From: Candidatus Saccharimonadota bacterium
GTDB lineage: Bacteria > Pseudomonadota > Alphaproteobacteria > Rickettsiales > Anaplasmataceae
Direction of reading: 5' to 3'
Assembly (NCBI GenBank): GCA_029715105.1
Contig: CP085695.1
Span: 510,001 to 542,000 of the forward strand
Length of the DNA stretch: 32,000 nucleotides
Positions 23,827 through 32,000 of this stretch are shown piece by piece. Under the pieces are notes generated by a model. It was not told the DNA's origin. It was given only the letters and a program-made list of their open reading frames with translations, and searched no databases. The position numbers and the translations under genes are program-made. Numbering within the stretch: the stretch's first letter is position 1; each line of letters starts with the position of its first letter.

Positions 23827-25233
23827 TCAACATATATTATTCCTGTAAGGGTTTTTATTTTTTTTAAAAAATAATCTAACTGGTACACCTTTAATAAAAA
23901 AGCTCTTTCTAAGATCATTAATTAAATACCGTTTATAACTTTCATTAATATATTCAGGTACATTACATATTAAAGAAAAAGCTGGAGGTTTAGTTCCAAC
24001 CTGAACAATATATTTTATTTTAACTATCCTACCACCATTAACAAGAGGATGAGAATGTTTGTCTAAAGTATTAGCTAACCAATTATTTAATTTTGCAGTA
24101 CTAATTTTTTTATTCAAAAATTCACCTATCTCAAGACATTTATCTATTACATTAGAACAACGAATATTTTTCAATGCAGAAATTGTCATAGCCGATACTT
24201 CTAAATGAATTATCTGTTGTTTCATAAAACATACAAAATTACTCCTGTCATTTTTACTCATTAGATCCCACTTGTTTAAAACAAAAATAATACCCTTTCC
24301 CTTTTCAATTGCAATTTTACTAATTGATAAATCATGATGTTTAATACCAACAACAGAATCCAACATTAGAATTACTACATGAGAGCGTTTTATTGATTCA
24401 ATACTCTTTTCAACAAATTTTGATTCTAAACTACCTATAATATTTGCCTTTCTACGAATTCCAGCTGTATCAATTAATGTAATTAACTTTCCATTATAAT
24501 AATATGTAATATCAATAGAATCACGTGTAGTACCTGGCTTCGAATCTGTTATCAGCCTATTTTCTGCAAGAAAGCTATTTAAAAAAGTAGATTTCCCAAC
24601 ATTTGGACGACCAATGATCGCAATCTTCATCTTAGCAAGTTTATTAGCTTGATCTGGTACTATTTTAGTATGTAACCCTGAAATTAATTCATTTTTTTTT
24701 TGATGTAAATAATCAACAACCCCAGAAATAATAGATGATGAAGAATCTATAGATCGGACAATACAGGTTAATGCATCATAAAGATCAACCATACCAAGAT
24801 TACATTCAGCTGAAATATATACCGGACCCATGAAATCAAAAAATTGTAAATAATCAAGATTTTCAGATTTATAGCTTTCACATTTATTTGCTACAAGCAC
24901 TACAGGTTTACTTGTTTTCTTTTTTAACCATTTTGCAAGTTCTTTATTTTGTTCATCTTGTATCCTTGCATCAACAAGAAAAAGAACCATATCTGCTCTT
25001 AATAAAGAAAATTCTACTTGCTTAATAATTTGTAGCGAGAAATCACTCTTGTTATTCCATCCTCCTGTATCAGTAATTTCGAATTCTAAATTACTGATCC
25101 TCCCAACTTTCTCATTTCTATCTCTTGTTACTCCCGAAACATTACTAACTACTGCTGTCTTTTTTCCTACTAATCTATTAAACAAGGTTGACTTGCCAAC
25201 ATTTGGTAAACCTACTATAGTGATTTTTAACAT
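23827..25233 (-). CDS. der: Ribosome-associated GTPase Der (EngA), with two tandem GTPase domains
   Basis: 468-aa ORF. GD1: ITIVGLPNVGKSTLFNRL...TRDR...DTGG. GD2: IAIIGRPNVGKSTFLNSF...GTTRDSID...DTAGIRRK...NKWD. It ends with a KH-like C-terminus. Confidence 0.95.
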   Translation of the reverse strand: MLKITIVGLPNVGKSTLFNRLVGKKTAVVSNVSGVTRDRNEKVGRISNLEFEITDTGGWNNKSDFSLQIIKQVEFSLLRADMVLFLVDARIQDEQNKELAKWLKKKTSKPVVLVANKCESYKSENLDYLQFFDFMGPVYISAECNLGMVDLYDALTCIVRSIDSSSSIISGVVDYLHQKKNELISGLHTKIVPDQANKLAKMKIAIIGRPNVGKSTFLNSFLAENRLITDSKPGTTRDSIDITYYYNGKLITLIDTAGIRRKANIIGSLESKFVEKSIESIKRSHVVILMLDSVVGIKHHDLSISKIAIEKGKGIIFVLNKWDLMSKNDRSNFVCFMKQQIIHLEVSAMTISALKNIRCSNVIDKCLEIGEFLNKKISTAKLNNWLANTLDKHSHPLVNGGRIVKIKYIVQVGTKPPAFSLICNVPEYINESYKRYLINDLRKSFFIKGVPVRLFFKKNKNPYRNNIC

Positions 25234-25785
25234 CCATATACCCTAAATTTTACTAAAACTAAAACTCTAGTTTTCTTTTTTATATATTTGTAAGCATAAC
25301 TTCCAATATTCTATTAATTTTTTAATTTCTAAAAGTTATATATTAAATAAATATTTGCAAACTTAGCATAACAAAATAAACATTTTAAAAGATCTTTTTT
25401 TAATTACACTGAAATAAAATCTCTACAGATCACCAATTATATCACTAAGAAGCTTCTTAGCCATAAAATATTAAAACGATAAATAATCCCCCCCCTTTTT
25501 TTTTAAAAAAAAAGACAAGCGTCAACAACTTTTAATTAACTCTTTATTAACAACTCTTTACTCTAAGAAAGTACGCTCTCTTTATCCATAAAGAAACTAA
25601 AAACATTTCAAAAGAAATTTCTGGTAACCCTCCCTATATAAAAAAATAACGTAGTTAAACAATTTCACTCACTCCTATACATCAATCCTCACTATAAGAC
25701 AAAAGCCTACAAAATCACATTACTAAATAACTCATATTATCTCTAGGAAACATATACTAATTTCTAATTATCTTTCTTTTAAATT

Positions 25786-26904
25786 TCAAGAAAAAGAACA
25801 TATCCAACCACCTCCTATAACTTGATTATCTATATACGCTACACAAGCCTGACCAGGACTAATAGCAAAATAATCGTTGTTCAACAAAATAACATAAGCT
25901 TTATTTTGTCTTTCAATCGGATACAGTTTTGCTAAACATCCTAAATGGGATGAACGTAGCTTTACAATAACTTTCATCCCTCTTTTTGGTTTTTCTAACC
26001 AATTTAAATTTTTTACTAACACCTTTCTCTGCATTAATGCATTAATTGGACCTACTACAATTTCATTGTTTTCTGCATTAATTCTTATAACATAAAGAGG
26101 TTCACTATGAGTAATACCAAGACCCTTTCTTTGCCCAATTGTAAAATTTATTATACCATCATGTTCACCAAGTATTTTTCCATATATATCTATAATTTTA
26201 CCTTTCTGTATAGATTGTGGAGCCAATTTAGCTATGGTTTCGCTATAATTTTTAGAAACAAAACATATGTCCTGGCTATCTGGTTTTTCAGAAATTAATA
26301 AATTAAAATACTTTGCTAATTTTCTTATATCGCTCTTATAAAAATTACCAAGTGGAAATCTCAAAATATCTAATTGATCCTTTGTTATAGTAAATAAAAA
26401 ATAACTTTGATCTTTATTTCTATCGATCCCTGCGTATAACTTTACTCCATCATTTTGTTCTAATCTTATCGCATAATGTCCTGTAACAAGAACATCTGCA
26501 CCTAAATTCTTTACAACTTGCAATAAATCACGAAACTTCACAATTTGATTGCACCTTATACAAGGTATAGGAGTCTCTCCACGCACATAAGTATTCACAA
26601 AATCTTCTATCACTTCTTTTTTAAATACTTCCTCGTAGTTCAAAACATAATGAGAAAAACCTGTATTTTCAGCTACACGCTTAGCATCGTAAATATCTTG
26701 CCTAGCGCAACACGAACCTTTTTTAACACTACTAGTATCGTCACTATATAATTGCAAAGTTATACCAATTACTTGATATCCAAGATGGTACAATAATACT
26801 GCTGCAACAGAACTATCAATACCACCAGACATTGCAACTACAACTTTAGTTTGACATGGAGGCTTACCTTTTAATAAAGGTTTAATCTCAAATTTGTTTA
26901 ACAC
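25786..26904 (-). CDS. mnmA: tRNA 2-thiouridine(34) synthase MnmA (TrmU)
   Basis: 372-aa ORF with GTG start. Motifs: VVVAMSGGIDSSVAAVLL PP-loop, CCARQDIYDAKRVA, ETPIPCIRCN..VKF, TGHYA, KDQSYFL. Confidence 0.95.
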   Translation of the reverse strand: MLNKFEIKPLLKGKPPCQTKVVVAMSGGIDSSVAAVLLYHLGYQVIGITLQLYSDDTSSVKKGSCCARQDIYDAKRVAENTGFSHYVLNYEEVFKKEVIEDFVNTYVRGETPIPCIRCNQIVKFRDLLQVVKNLGADVLVTGHYAIRLEQNDGVKLYAGIDRNKDQSYFLFTITKDQLDILRFPLGNFYKSDIRKLAKYFNLLISEKPDSQDICFVSKNYSETIAKLAPQSIQKGKIIDIYGKILGEHDGIINFTIGQRKGLGITHSEPLYVIRINAENNEIVVGPINALMQRKVLVKNLNWLEKPKRGMKVIVKLRSSHLGCLAKLYPIERQNKAYVILLNNDYFAISPGQACVAYIDNQVIGGGWICSFS

Positions 26905-27277
26905 AGCCCCTCACAGACCATCATCCATTTATAACATCACATAAATAACTTATACAACTAAAAACATCGTTAGCAAGTAAAATCATAAAATATAAATATA
27001 ATACAATTATAATTACAAATAAACATTTACTTATTAAAGTAAGACTTAACACAAATAAATTACATGTTAAAATTTATATACCTTATAAAACACCCATCTT
27101 TTTTATAATAAAGACTATTTAATTGAACTAACTACGAAATAGATCATCTTCACAATAAGACTAAATTTTAGAAAAACTTTACTAGATTAAGATTGATTAA
27201 CAAATAAATAAAGAAAATTTCAATTATAATTAGTTATAACATAGATATAACCTTAAAATATATGTGCATAATTTTAT

Positions 27278-27775
27278 TCACTTTGTAAAAGTTCCCTCTA
27301 CAACAACTGTATCAAACAATATATCATGATATGTCTGCTTCTTTTGAGAAAAACAAGCAACTAAATACCAACAAAAAGTAAGCAGCAGCACAATCACTCC
27401 CAATATACTAAAAATTCCAACTAATAAACTTTTTTCTTGAAAAAATTCAATAAGAATAGCTATTATATTATTTAATAAATGAAGAAAAAACTGAGAAATA
27501 CTCCTATCAAATGCTAAACCCAGATCTATTTTAGAGCCATCTATACTCGTAGTATATATACTCATTACCTGTTGACCTGGAGTTGCTTGTGTTTCCGAAG
27601 ATATAAAATATGTAAAATAGCTACAATTTATACACATATACACTAAATATAAAATCAACGGAAAATCTTTTAACAAAGATATGACCAATAAATTTGGAAT
27701 TAATAAAATTACAACATCTATTAAATATGCAAAAAAACGCCTCCTAAGGCTTGCAACTTCTGTAATAATATTCAT
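27278..27775 (-). CDS. RDD-family integral membrane protein
   Basis: 165-aa ORF. ASLRRRFFAYLIDVVILLIPNLLV is the RDD signature region. There are several hydrophobic helices and a C-terminal QTYHDILFDTVVV. The start ATG shares one base with the upstream HAD stop (TAATG). Confidence 0.72.
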   Translation of the reverse strand: MNIITEVASLRRRFFAYLIDVVILLIPNLLVISLLKDFPLILYLVYMCINCSYFTYFISSETQATPGQQVMSIYTTSIDGSKIDLGLAFDRSISQFFLHLLNNIIAILIEFFQEKSLLVGIFSILGVIVLLLTFCWYLVACFSQKKQTYHDILFDTVVVEGTFTK

Positions 27776-28413
27776 TATTTATTTTCCAAATACTTTATTA
27801 TAAAATCTGTGAGTTCATCAAAACGTTGAAAACACAATAAACCCCCATATTTATTTATCGATTGTCCATACACTATAGGCAAACAGTTTGCATTTTGCGC
27901 ACATAAAACATCCGTAATACTATTACCGATAAAAAACACATTCTCTTTACTTATTGGTAATATGCATCTCTCAAGTGCAAATAATAATGGAACTGGAGAC
28001 GGTTTGTTTTCGACTGTATCATACGAACCAACTATTCTTTCAAAATAAAAGTCTAGTCCAAAATAAGCCACCTCTTTACGTAAATTAGTATTTTTTTTAT
28101 TACTTACTATTGCTAAATATATACTATAACTTTTTAATTTCTGCAACATCTTCCTTACCCCTTGATTCAAAGTTATATTCTGTAATAAAGCATTATCCAA
28201 ATATTCTTGATATATTTGATTTGCTTTCTTCCATTGATTACCAAACAAATTAATCATATAACTCTCCCTTGACTCATAAAAACTTTTATCGAAAACTTCA
28301 TTCTCGTATCCCATTGAGTCTAAAGTATGCTTAATAGCATTAAAAATATTCTCTTGAGTATTAACCAAAGTATTATCCCAATCAAATACTACTGCTAACG
28401 GGCTATTTTTCAT
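27775..28413 (-). CDS. HAD-superfamily hydrolase, subfamily IA (phosphoglycolate-phosphatase-like)
   Basis: 212-aa ORF with HAD motifs: I VVFDWDNTLVNT (DxDxT), II LAIVSNK, III/IV K...FFIGNSITDVLCAQNA. Confidence 0.8.
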   Translation of the reverse strand: MKNSPLAVVFDWDNTLVNTQENIFNAIKHTLDSMGYENEVFDKSFYESRESYMINLFGNQWKKANQIYQEYLDNALLQNITLNQGVRKMLQKLKSYSIYLAIVSNKKNTNLRKEVAYFGLDFYFERIVGSYDTVENKPSPVPLLFALERCILPISKENVFFIGNSITDVLCAQNANCLPIVYGQSINKYGGLLCFQRFDELTDFIIKYLENK

Positions 28414-28991
28414 TGTTACGTATTTTATATTAACAAGTAAAATATTTTTTATTAAATAATAAAAAAACTTTAATAAATAACATATATTAATATATAATCA
28501 CTATTACCCTAATGATACTGACATGAATATACTATATAAAAAAGCTTTATAAAAATAATAACTCTCTCTAAAAACATGTATAAATTAAAATTATAAAGCA
28601 TATATTATTTTCCTCATGATAAAATTTTATAAAAGCCAAAATTAATCAAATTAAATGAAATAAAACTAAAAATTAAACAAAATTGAAATGTATATAAAAT
28701 GCACAATTTTCTATTTTCTAAAAAAGTTCTGATTAAACCAAATTTATATAAATAAAAACTTAAATATAAAAATACATTTCATCTCTCGTGTCCTCTTATA
28801 TATAAGATAAGATATAAAAATTTTCTTAGTAAATAAACATTAAAATTAATAATTTACATCACTTAAATGAAATCTTGAAATAAACCTCAACTTATTTCTA
28901 ATTCCACAATAGAGATAAAAACACACTAACAACAAGAGACTTTAAATAATAATTTAAACACACTATAAAGTTTTATTTAACTTTTATTAAC

Positions 28992-29023
28992 CTTGAAAGA
29001 TTGTAATACAAAAATTATATTGG
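28992..29023 (+). promoter_or_regulatory. Candidate htpG promoter that fits both sigma-32 (CTTGAAA-N-TTATATTGG) and sigma-70 (TTGAAA-N17-TATATT) patterns
   Basis: aacCTTGAAAgattgtaatacaaaaATTATATTGGtattaaatAAGGAGtttaaaATG. CTTG is at 28992-28995. After an 18-nt spacer, aTTATaTtgG matches YTATNTNNG of the alpha-proteobacterial RpoH consensus as I recall it (CTTG-N17-18-CYTATNTNNG). An AAGGAG Shine-Dalgarno at 29032-29037 lies 6 nt before ATG 29044. Confidence 0.35.
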
Positions 29024-29043
29024 TATTAAATAAGGAGTTTAAA

Positions 29044-30939
29044 ATGAATACACAAGAAATTGAAAATTTAAAATTCGATGCTGAAGTAGGGAAGGTATTA
29101 AATATAGTAATTCATTCTCTCTACACTAATAAGGATATTTTTTTACGTGAGTTAATATCAAATGCATCGGACGCATGTGATAAACTACGTTATGAATCAC
29201 AACTAGATTCCAGTTTTTTAAATTCAAATGATGAGTTAAAAATTACTATTAGTATTAATAAAAATAAAAATGAACTATATATAACCGATAATGGAATCGG
29301 AATGAATAAAAATGATCTAATAACTAATCTAGGCACAATTGCTAACTCTGGTACACAAAAATTCTTAGAAAGAATCAAAAACAATAAAGATTCAAGCCAA
29401 ACTATAGAATTAATTGGAAAATTTGGTGTAGGTTTTTATTCAAGTTTTATGGTTGCTTCGGAGGTAATAGTTGAATCTAAAAAAGCAAGAGAAGAAGAGT
29501 CTTGGGAATGGAGATCAAAAGGAGATGGAGAATATTCAGTCAGAAAATTAAGCAATCAAGTTCCTCGTGGCACTAAAATAACCTTAATCATGCGTCCCGA
29601 AGAAATCGAATTCCTAGATAAATTTCGCATTGAAAATATAGTCACTACTTATTCAGATCATATAAATTTTCCTGTTGAATTTATAGATGAAAATAAAAAA
29701 AGCGAAAAATTAAACAGTAAGGCTGCGATTTGGACTAAACCAAAAAAAAATATTACTCAAGAAGAGTATAGTAATTTTTTCAAAAGTGTTTCACATATTG
29801 GTGGAGAACCATGGATGATATTGCATAATAAAAATGAAGGTGCAATAGAATATATAAACCTACTTTACATTCCCTCTATTAAGCCTTTTGATTTATTTCA
29901 TCCGGATAGACGATGCTCTGTAAAATTACATGTAAACAAAGTGTTCATAACAGAAGATAATATACAGATTATACCACAGTATTTACGTTTTCTTAGAGGT
30001 ATAGTAGATTCACCAGATTTACCACTTAATATCAGTAGAGAAATGCTGCAAAACAACCGAGTTATTGAACAAATTAGAAAATCTCTTACTAAACGAGTAA
30101 TATCTGAACTTGGAAAAAAAGCAAAAGAAAATCTAGAAGAATATACAAAATTCTGGACAAATTTTGGTGCAGTTTTAAAAGAGGGTCTTTGCGAAGCTAT
30201 GCCAATCGATGAAAGAGAAACACTATTATCAGTTTGTAGGTTTTATAGCACGAACGATACTAAACTAGTCAGTATCGATGATTACATAAACAAAATGAAG
30301 CCAAAACAAGAATATATTTATTATCTCACAGGAAATAATTTGGATTCGGTAAAAAATAGCCCACAACTTGAGGGATTTATAAATAAAGGATTAGAAGTTC
30401 TTCTTTTTATTGATCCAGTAGATGACTTTTGGACTAGTGTAATTCATGATTACAAAAATAAAAAATTTAAATCTGTAACTCGCGCAGATGTTGACTTAGA
30501 AGGATTCAATTCGGAAAAAGAAAACAAAAAATCTGAGTTAATCGAAGAAAAAAATGAAGAAGATGTAAATTCTATATTAGAATATTTTACTAAAATTCTG
30601 GGCAATTCAGTAAAAAGCGTAAAAATCTCCAAAAAGCTAACCGATAGTCCTGTATGTCTAGTAGTTGATGAAGGCGCAATGGACCTTAGAATGGAGCGCT
30701 TCTTACGTGAACAAAAACAATTAAACTATCGTACTCCAAAAGTACTTGAAATCAATACTAAGCATCTCATAATAAAAAAAATAATGGAATCTTATAATAA
30801 AAATAAGGAAAACCCAATACTAGAAAATATGGTTCACCTATTGTTCTATCAAGCTTGCATTGTAGAAGGCGAAGAAATGGATAATGCAAATCTATTTGCT
30901 AAAAGGTTAAATAGTTTACTCAGCATAATTACCATCTAA
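29044..30939 (+). CDS. htpG: Molecular chaperone HtpG (Hsp90)
   Basis: The track ORF 28993..30939 starts at a TTG. An AAGGAG plus ATG 29044 gives [50 protein letters not shown]. Other motifs: [43 protein letters not shown]. Confidence 0.96.
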   Translation: MNTQEIENLKFDAEVGKVLNIVIHSLYTNKDIFLRELISNASDACDKLRYESQLDSSFLNSNDELKITISINKNKNELYITDNGIGMNKNDLITNLGTIANSGTQKFLERIKNNKDSSQTIELIGKFGVGFYSSFMVASEVIVESKKAREEESWEWRSKGDGEYSVRKLSNQVPRGTKITLIMRPEEIEFLDKFRIENIVTTYSDHINFPVEFIDENKKSEKLNSKAAIWTKPKKNITQEEYSNFFKSVSHIGGEPWMILHNKNEGAIEYINLLYIPSIKPFDLFHPDRRCSVKLHVNKVFITEDNIQIIPQYLRFLRGIVDSPDLPLNISREMLQNNRVIEQIRKSLTKRVISELGKKAKENLEEYTKFWTNFGAVLKEGLCEAMPIDERETLLSVCRFYSTNDTKLVSIDDYINKMKPKQEYIYYLTGNNLDSVKNSPQLEGFINKGLEVLLFIDPVDDFWTSVIHDYKNKKFKSVTRADVDLEGFNSEKENKKSELIEEKNEEDVNSILEYFTKILGNSVKSVKISKKLTDSPVCLVVDEGAMDLRMERFLREQKQLNYRTPKVLEINTKHLIIKKIMESYNKNKENPILENMVHLLFYQACIVEGEEMDNANLFAKRLNSLLSIITI

Positions 30940-31344
30940 TATCATGGAGCTTTTTAAAGTTAATTCAAACTTAAATTTTTGTAATAAAAAGATTATCTCT
31001 TTTATAAAACTAACAATACTTTCTACATCAAAAACCATAAAAATCCACTAAGTACAAAATGCAAACTTCACACCCTTTAAAATCAAAAATTTAACTAAGC
31101 CTTTATCAATTGCTTTTTTAAAAACTGTTAAGCCATTACAAATTAAAATAATAAAAATAAATATTAATTCTTCTATAAATTTTTTATAGAAACACGATTA
31201 CACACTTAGCAAAGCATCTCGTGAAATTTTTATTTCAAAAATTATTAGCACCCCGTGGGTTTTAGCCCAAACCTTATTTAATATAAGATAAAACAATTTC
31301 ATTAAACGAATCACTCACAACCCCCTAATTGAACTAGATTTTTA

Positions 31345-31380
31345 TAGGGGTTTATAATACCCCCTAAACTTTTTTCTTTT
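31345..31380 (+). terminator. Possible intrinsic terminator (hairpin TAGGGG-N10-CCCCTA followed by a T-rich run) in the convergent htpG/tal spacer
   Basis: TAGGGGtttataatacCCCCTAaacTTTTTTcTTTT. The stem is only 6 bp and the element lies about 400 nt downstream of the htpG stop, so support is weak. Confidence 0.3.
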
Positions 31381-31414
31381 AGATTATTTTTATCTATAAA
31401 AGAAATTAAATTCA

Positions 31415-32000
31415 TCATTTTGCATTCCAATCTCGTTCAAATATTACAAAACCACGCTCAGTAAGAGGATGATCAAGTAATTGTCTAAGTACCTTTGCTG
31501 GTAAAGTAATCGAATCAACTCCAAGTTTAGCGGCTTCTATTACATGCGTTGAATCCCTCACTGATGCAACAAGAATTTTAGTATCAAAACCATAATTAGA
31601 ATATATAGTACGTATATCCCTCACCATAGATAAGCCGCTACAACCTATGTCGTCAAGACGGCCAACAAAAGGAGAAACAAAACAAGCACCGACCTTAGCG
31701 GCAAGCAGTGCTTGTCCAGGAGAAAAACACAGTGTGATGTTAACAGATACTCTATGTTCTGTCCACAATTTTTTACAAGAAATTAATCCCTCATACGTAA
31801 GAGGCAATTTGACTACAACATTACCAGCAATTTTAGTTAACTTAAGACTTTCCTCAATTATATCTCTATAATTATTTGCTACAACTTCAACACTAACAGG
31901 CCCATCTATAATAGAACATATTTCACCTATTAAAATTTCATACTTATCTCTATATCCAGATTTTGCTATCAAAGAAGGATTAGTCGTTATACCACAAATA
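31415..32000 (-). CDS. tal: Transaldolase / fructose-6-phosphate aldolase family (short type 3B Tal); 5' end lies outside the window
   Basis: The track ORF 31415..31972 begins at an internal TTG. The frame stays open to the window edge (..GITTNPSLIAKSG..). Motifs: VVVKLPLT.EG, NITLCFS..QALLAAKVGA.FVSPFVGRLDD, ILVASVR. Confidence 0.9.
   Translation of the reverse strand, partial: ICGITTNPSLIAKSGYRDKYEILIGEICSIIDGPVSVEVVANNYRDIIEESLKLTKIAGNVVVKLPLTYEGLISCKKLWTEHRVSVNITLCFSPGQALLAAKVGACFVSPFVGRLDDIGCSGLSMVRDIRTIYSNYGFDTKILVASVRDSTHVIEAAKLGVDSITLPAKVLRQLLDHPLTERGFVIFERDWNAK

Noticed and set aside
25445-25460. A perfect 16-bp palindrome, CTAAGAAGCTTCTTAG, in the mnmA-der spacer, considered as an operator. 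The 17-bp palindrome ATAACTTATCAAGTTAT at 13121-13137 was considered likewise.
   Set aside because: At this base composition I estimate that roughly one or more 8-bp-arm palindromes are expected by chance in 32 kb. There is no second copy and no adjacent regulator gene.
25687-25698. CCTCACTATAAG, and CTCACTCACTAT at 8266-8277, resemble the core of T7/T3-type phage RNA polymerase promoters (CTCACTATAGG).
   Set aside because: The matches are only 9-10 nt. The initiating GGG is missing, and there is no phage-type RNA polymerase or phage context in the window. They point antisense into housekeeping genes. They are probably a by-product of C/A-rich strand composition.
28993-29043. N-terminal extensions in the ORF track created by upstream TTG/GTG codons: htpG 28993, rpoH 18519, rplL 5457, rpsL 11597, fusA 10724, secE 8159, ybaB 16983, the secreted protein at 19453, and tal 31972.
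   Set aside because: - In each case a downstream ATG, or an SD-preceded GTG, reproduces the conserved N-terminus of the family.
- The htpG and rpoH TTG codons are themselves part of promoter-like TTGAA elements.
- The tal TTG is internal to an ORF that runs off the window.

Overview
This is an AT-rich (roughly 70% A+T by eye), gene-dense core-genome segment. It most likely comes from a Wolbachia-like Anaplasmataceae endosymbiont. That inference rests on three things: an in-frame rpoB-rpoC fusion, a WSP-type surface protein starting MHYKKFF...LSLSNAAFSD, and a DsbA with a CYHC active site.

Gene order:
- Minus strand, 1-13029: rpoBC (3' end off-window), rplL, rplJ, rplA, rplK, nusG, secE, tRNA-Trp, a 415-bp gap, fusA, rpsG, rpsL, lysC.
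- Plus strand, 13781-23061: RatA/Coq10-like START protein, DsbA, SRP (4.5S) RNA, dnaX, ybaB, wsp, rpoH, a small secreted protein, secA.
- Minus strand, 23827-28413: der, mnmA, an RDD membrane protein, a HAD phosphatase.
- Then htpG (+) and a transaldolase (-, 5' end off-window).

About 18% of the window is non-coding, in 13 spacers of up to 765 bp. I recognised no IS elements, prophage genes, CRISPR arrays, toxin-antitoxin pairs or defence genes. I did not find a convincing novel multi-gene system, so the window reads as housekeeping DNA.

The observations most worth a second look:
1. A 280-codon nusG carrying a tandem, divergent second NGN domain.
2. The rpoB-rpoC fusion. This is already known for Wolbachia and Helicobacter, so it is a lineage marker rather than a novelty.
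3. Absence of tuf between fusA and tRNA-Trp (a Rickettsia-like junction), with a faint possible tuf relic in the gap.
4. A SecA with an extra, fully hydrophobic N-terminal segment that depends on a poly(T) tract.
5. A relatively GC-rich, roughly 93-nt imperfect hairpin between wsp and rpoH.
6. A short C-rich motif that recurs in several spacers.

All functional calls come from by-eye motif recognition and hand translation. No database search was run.
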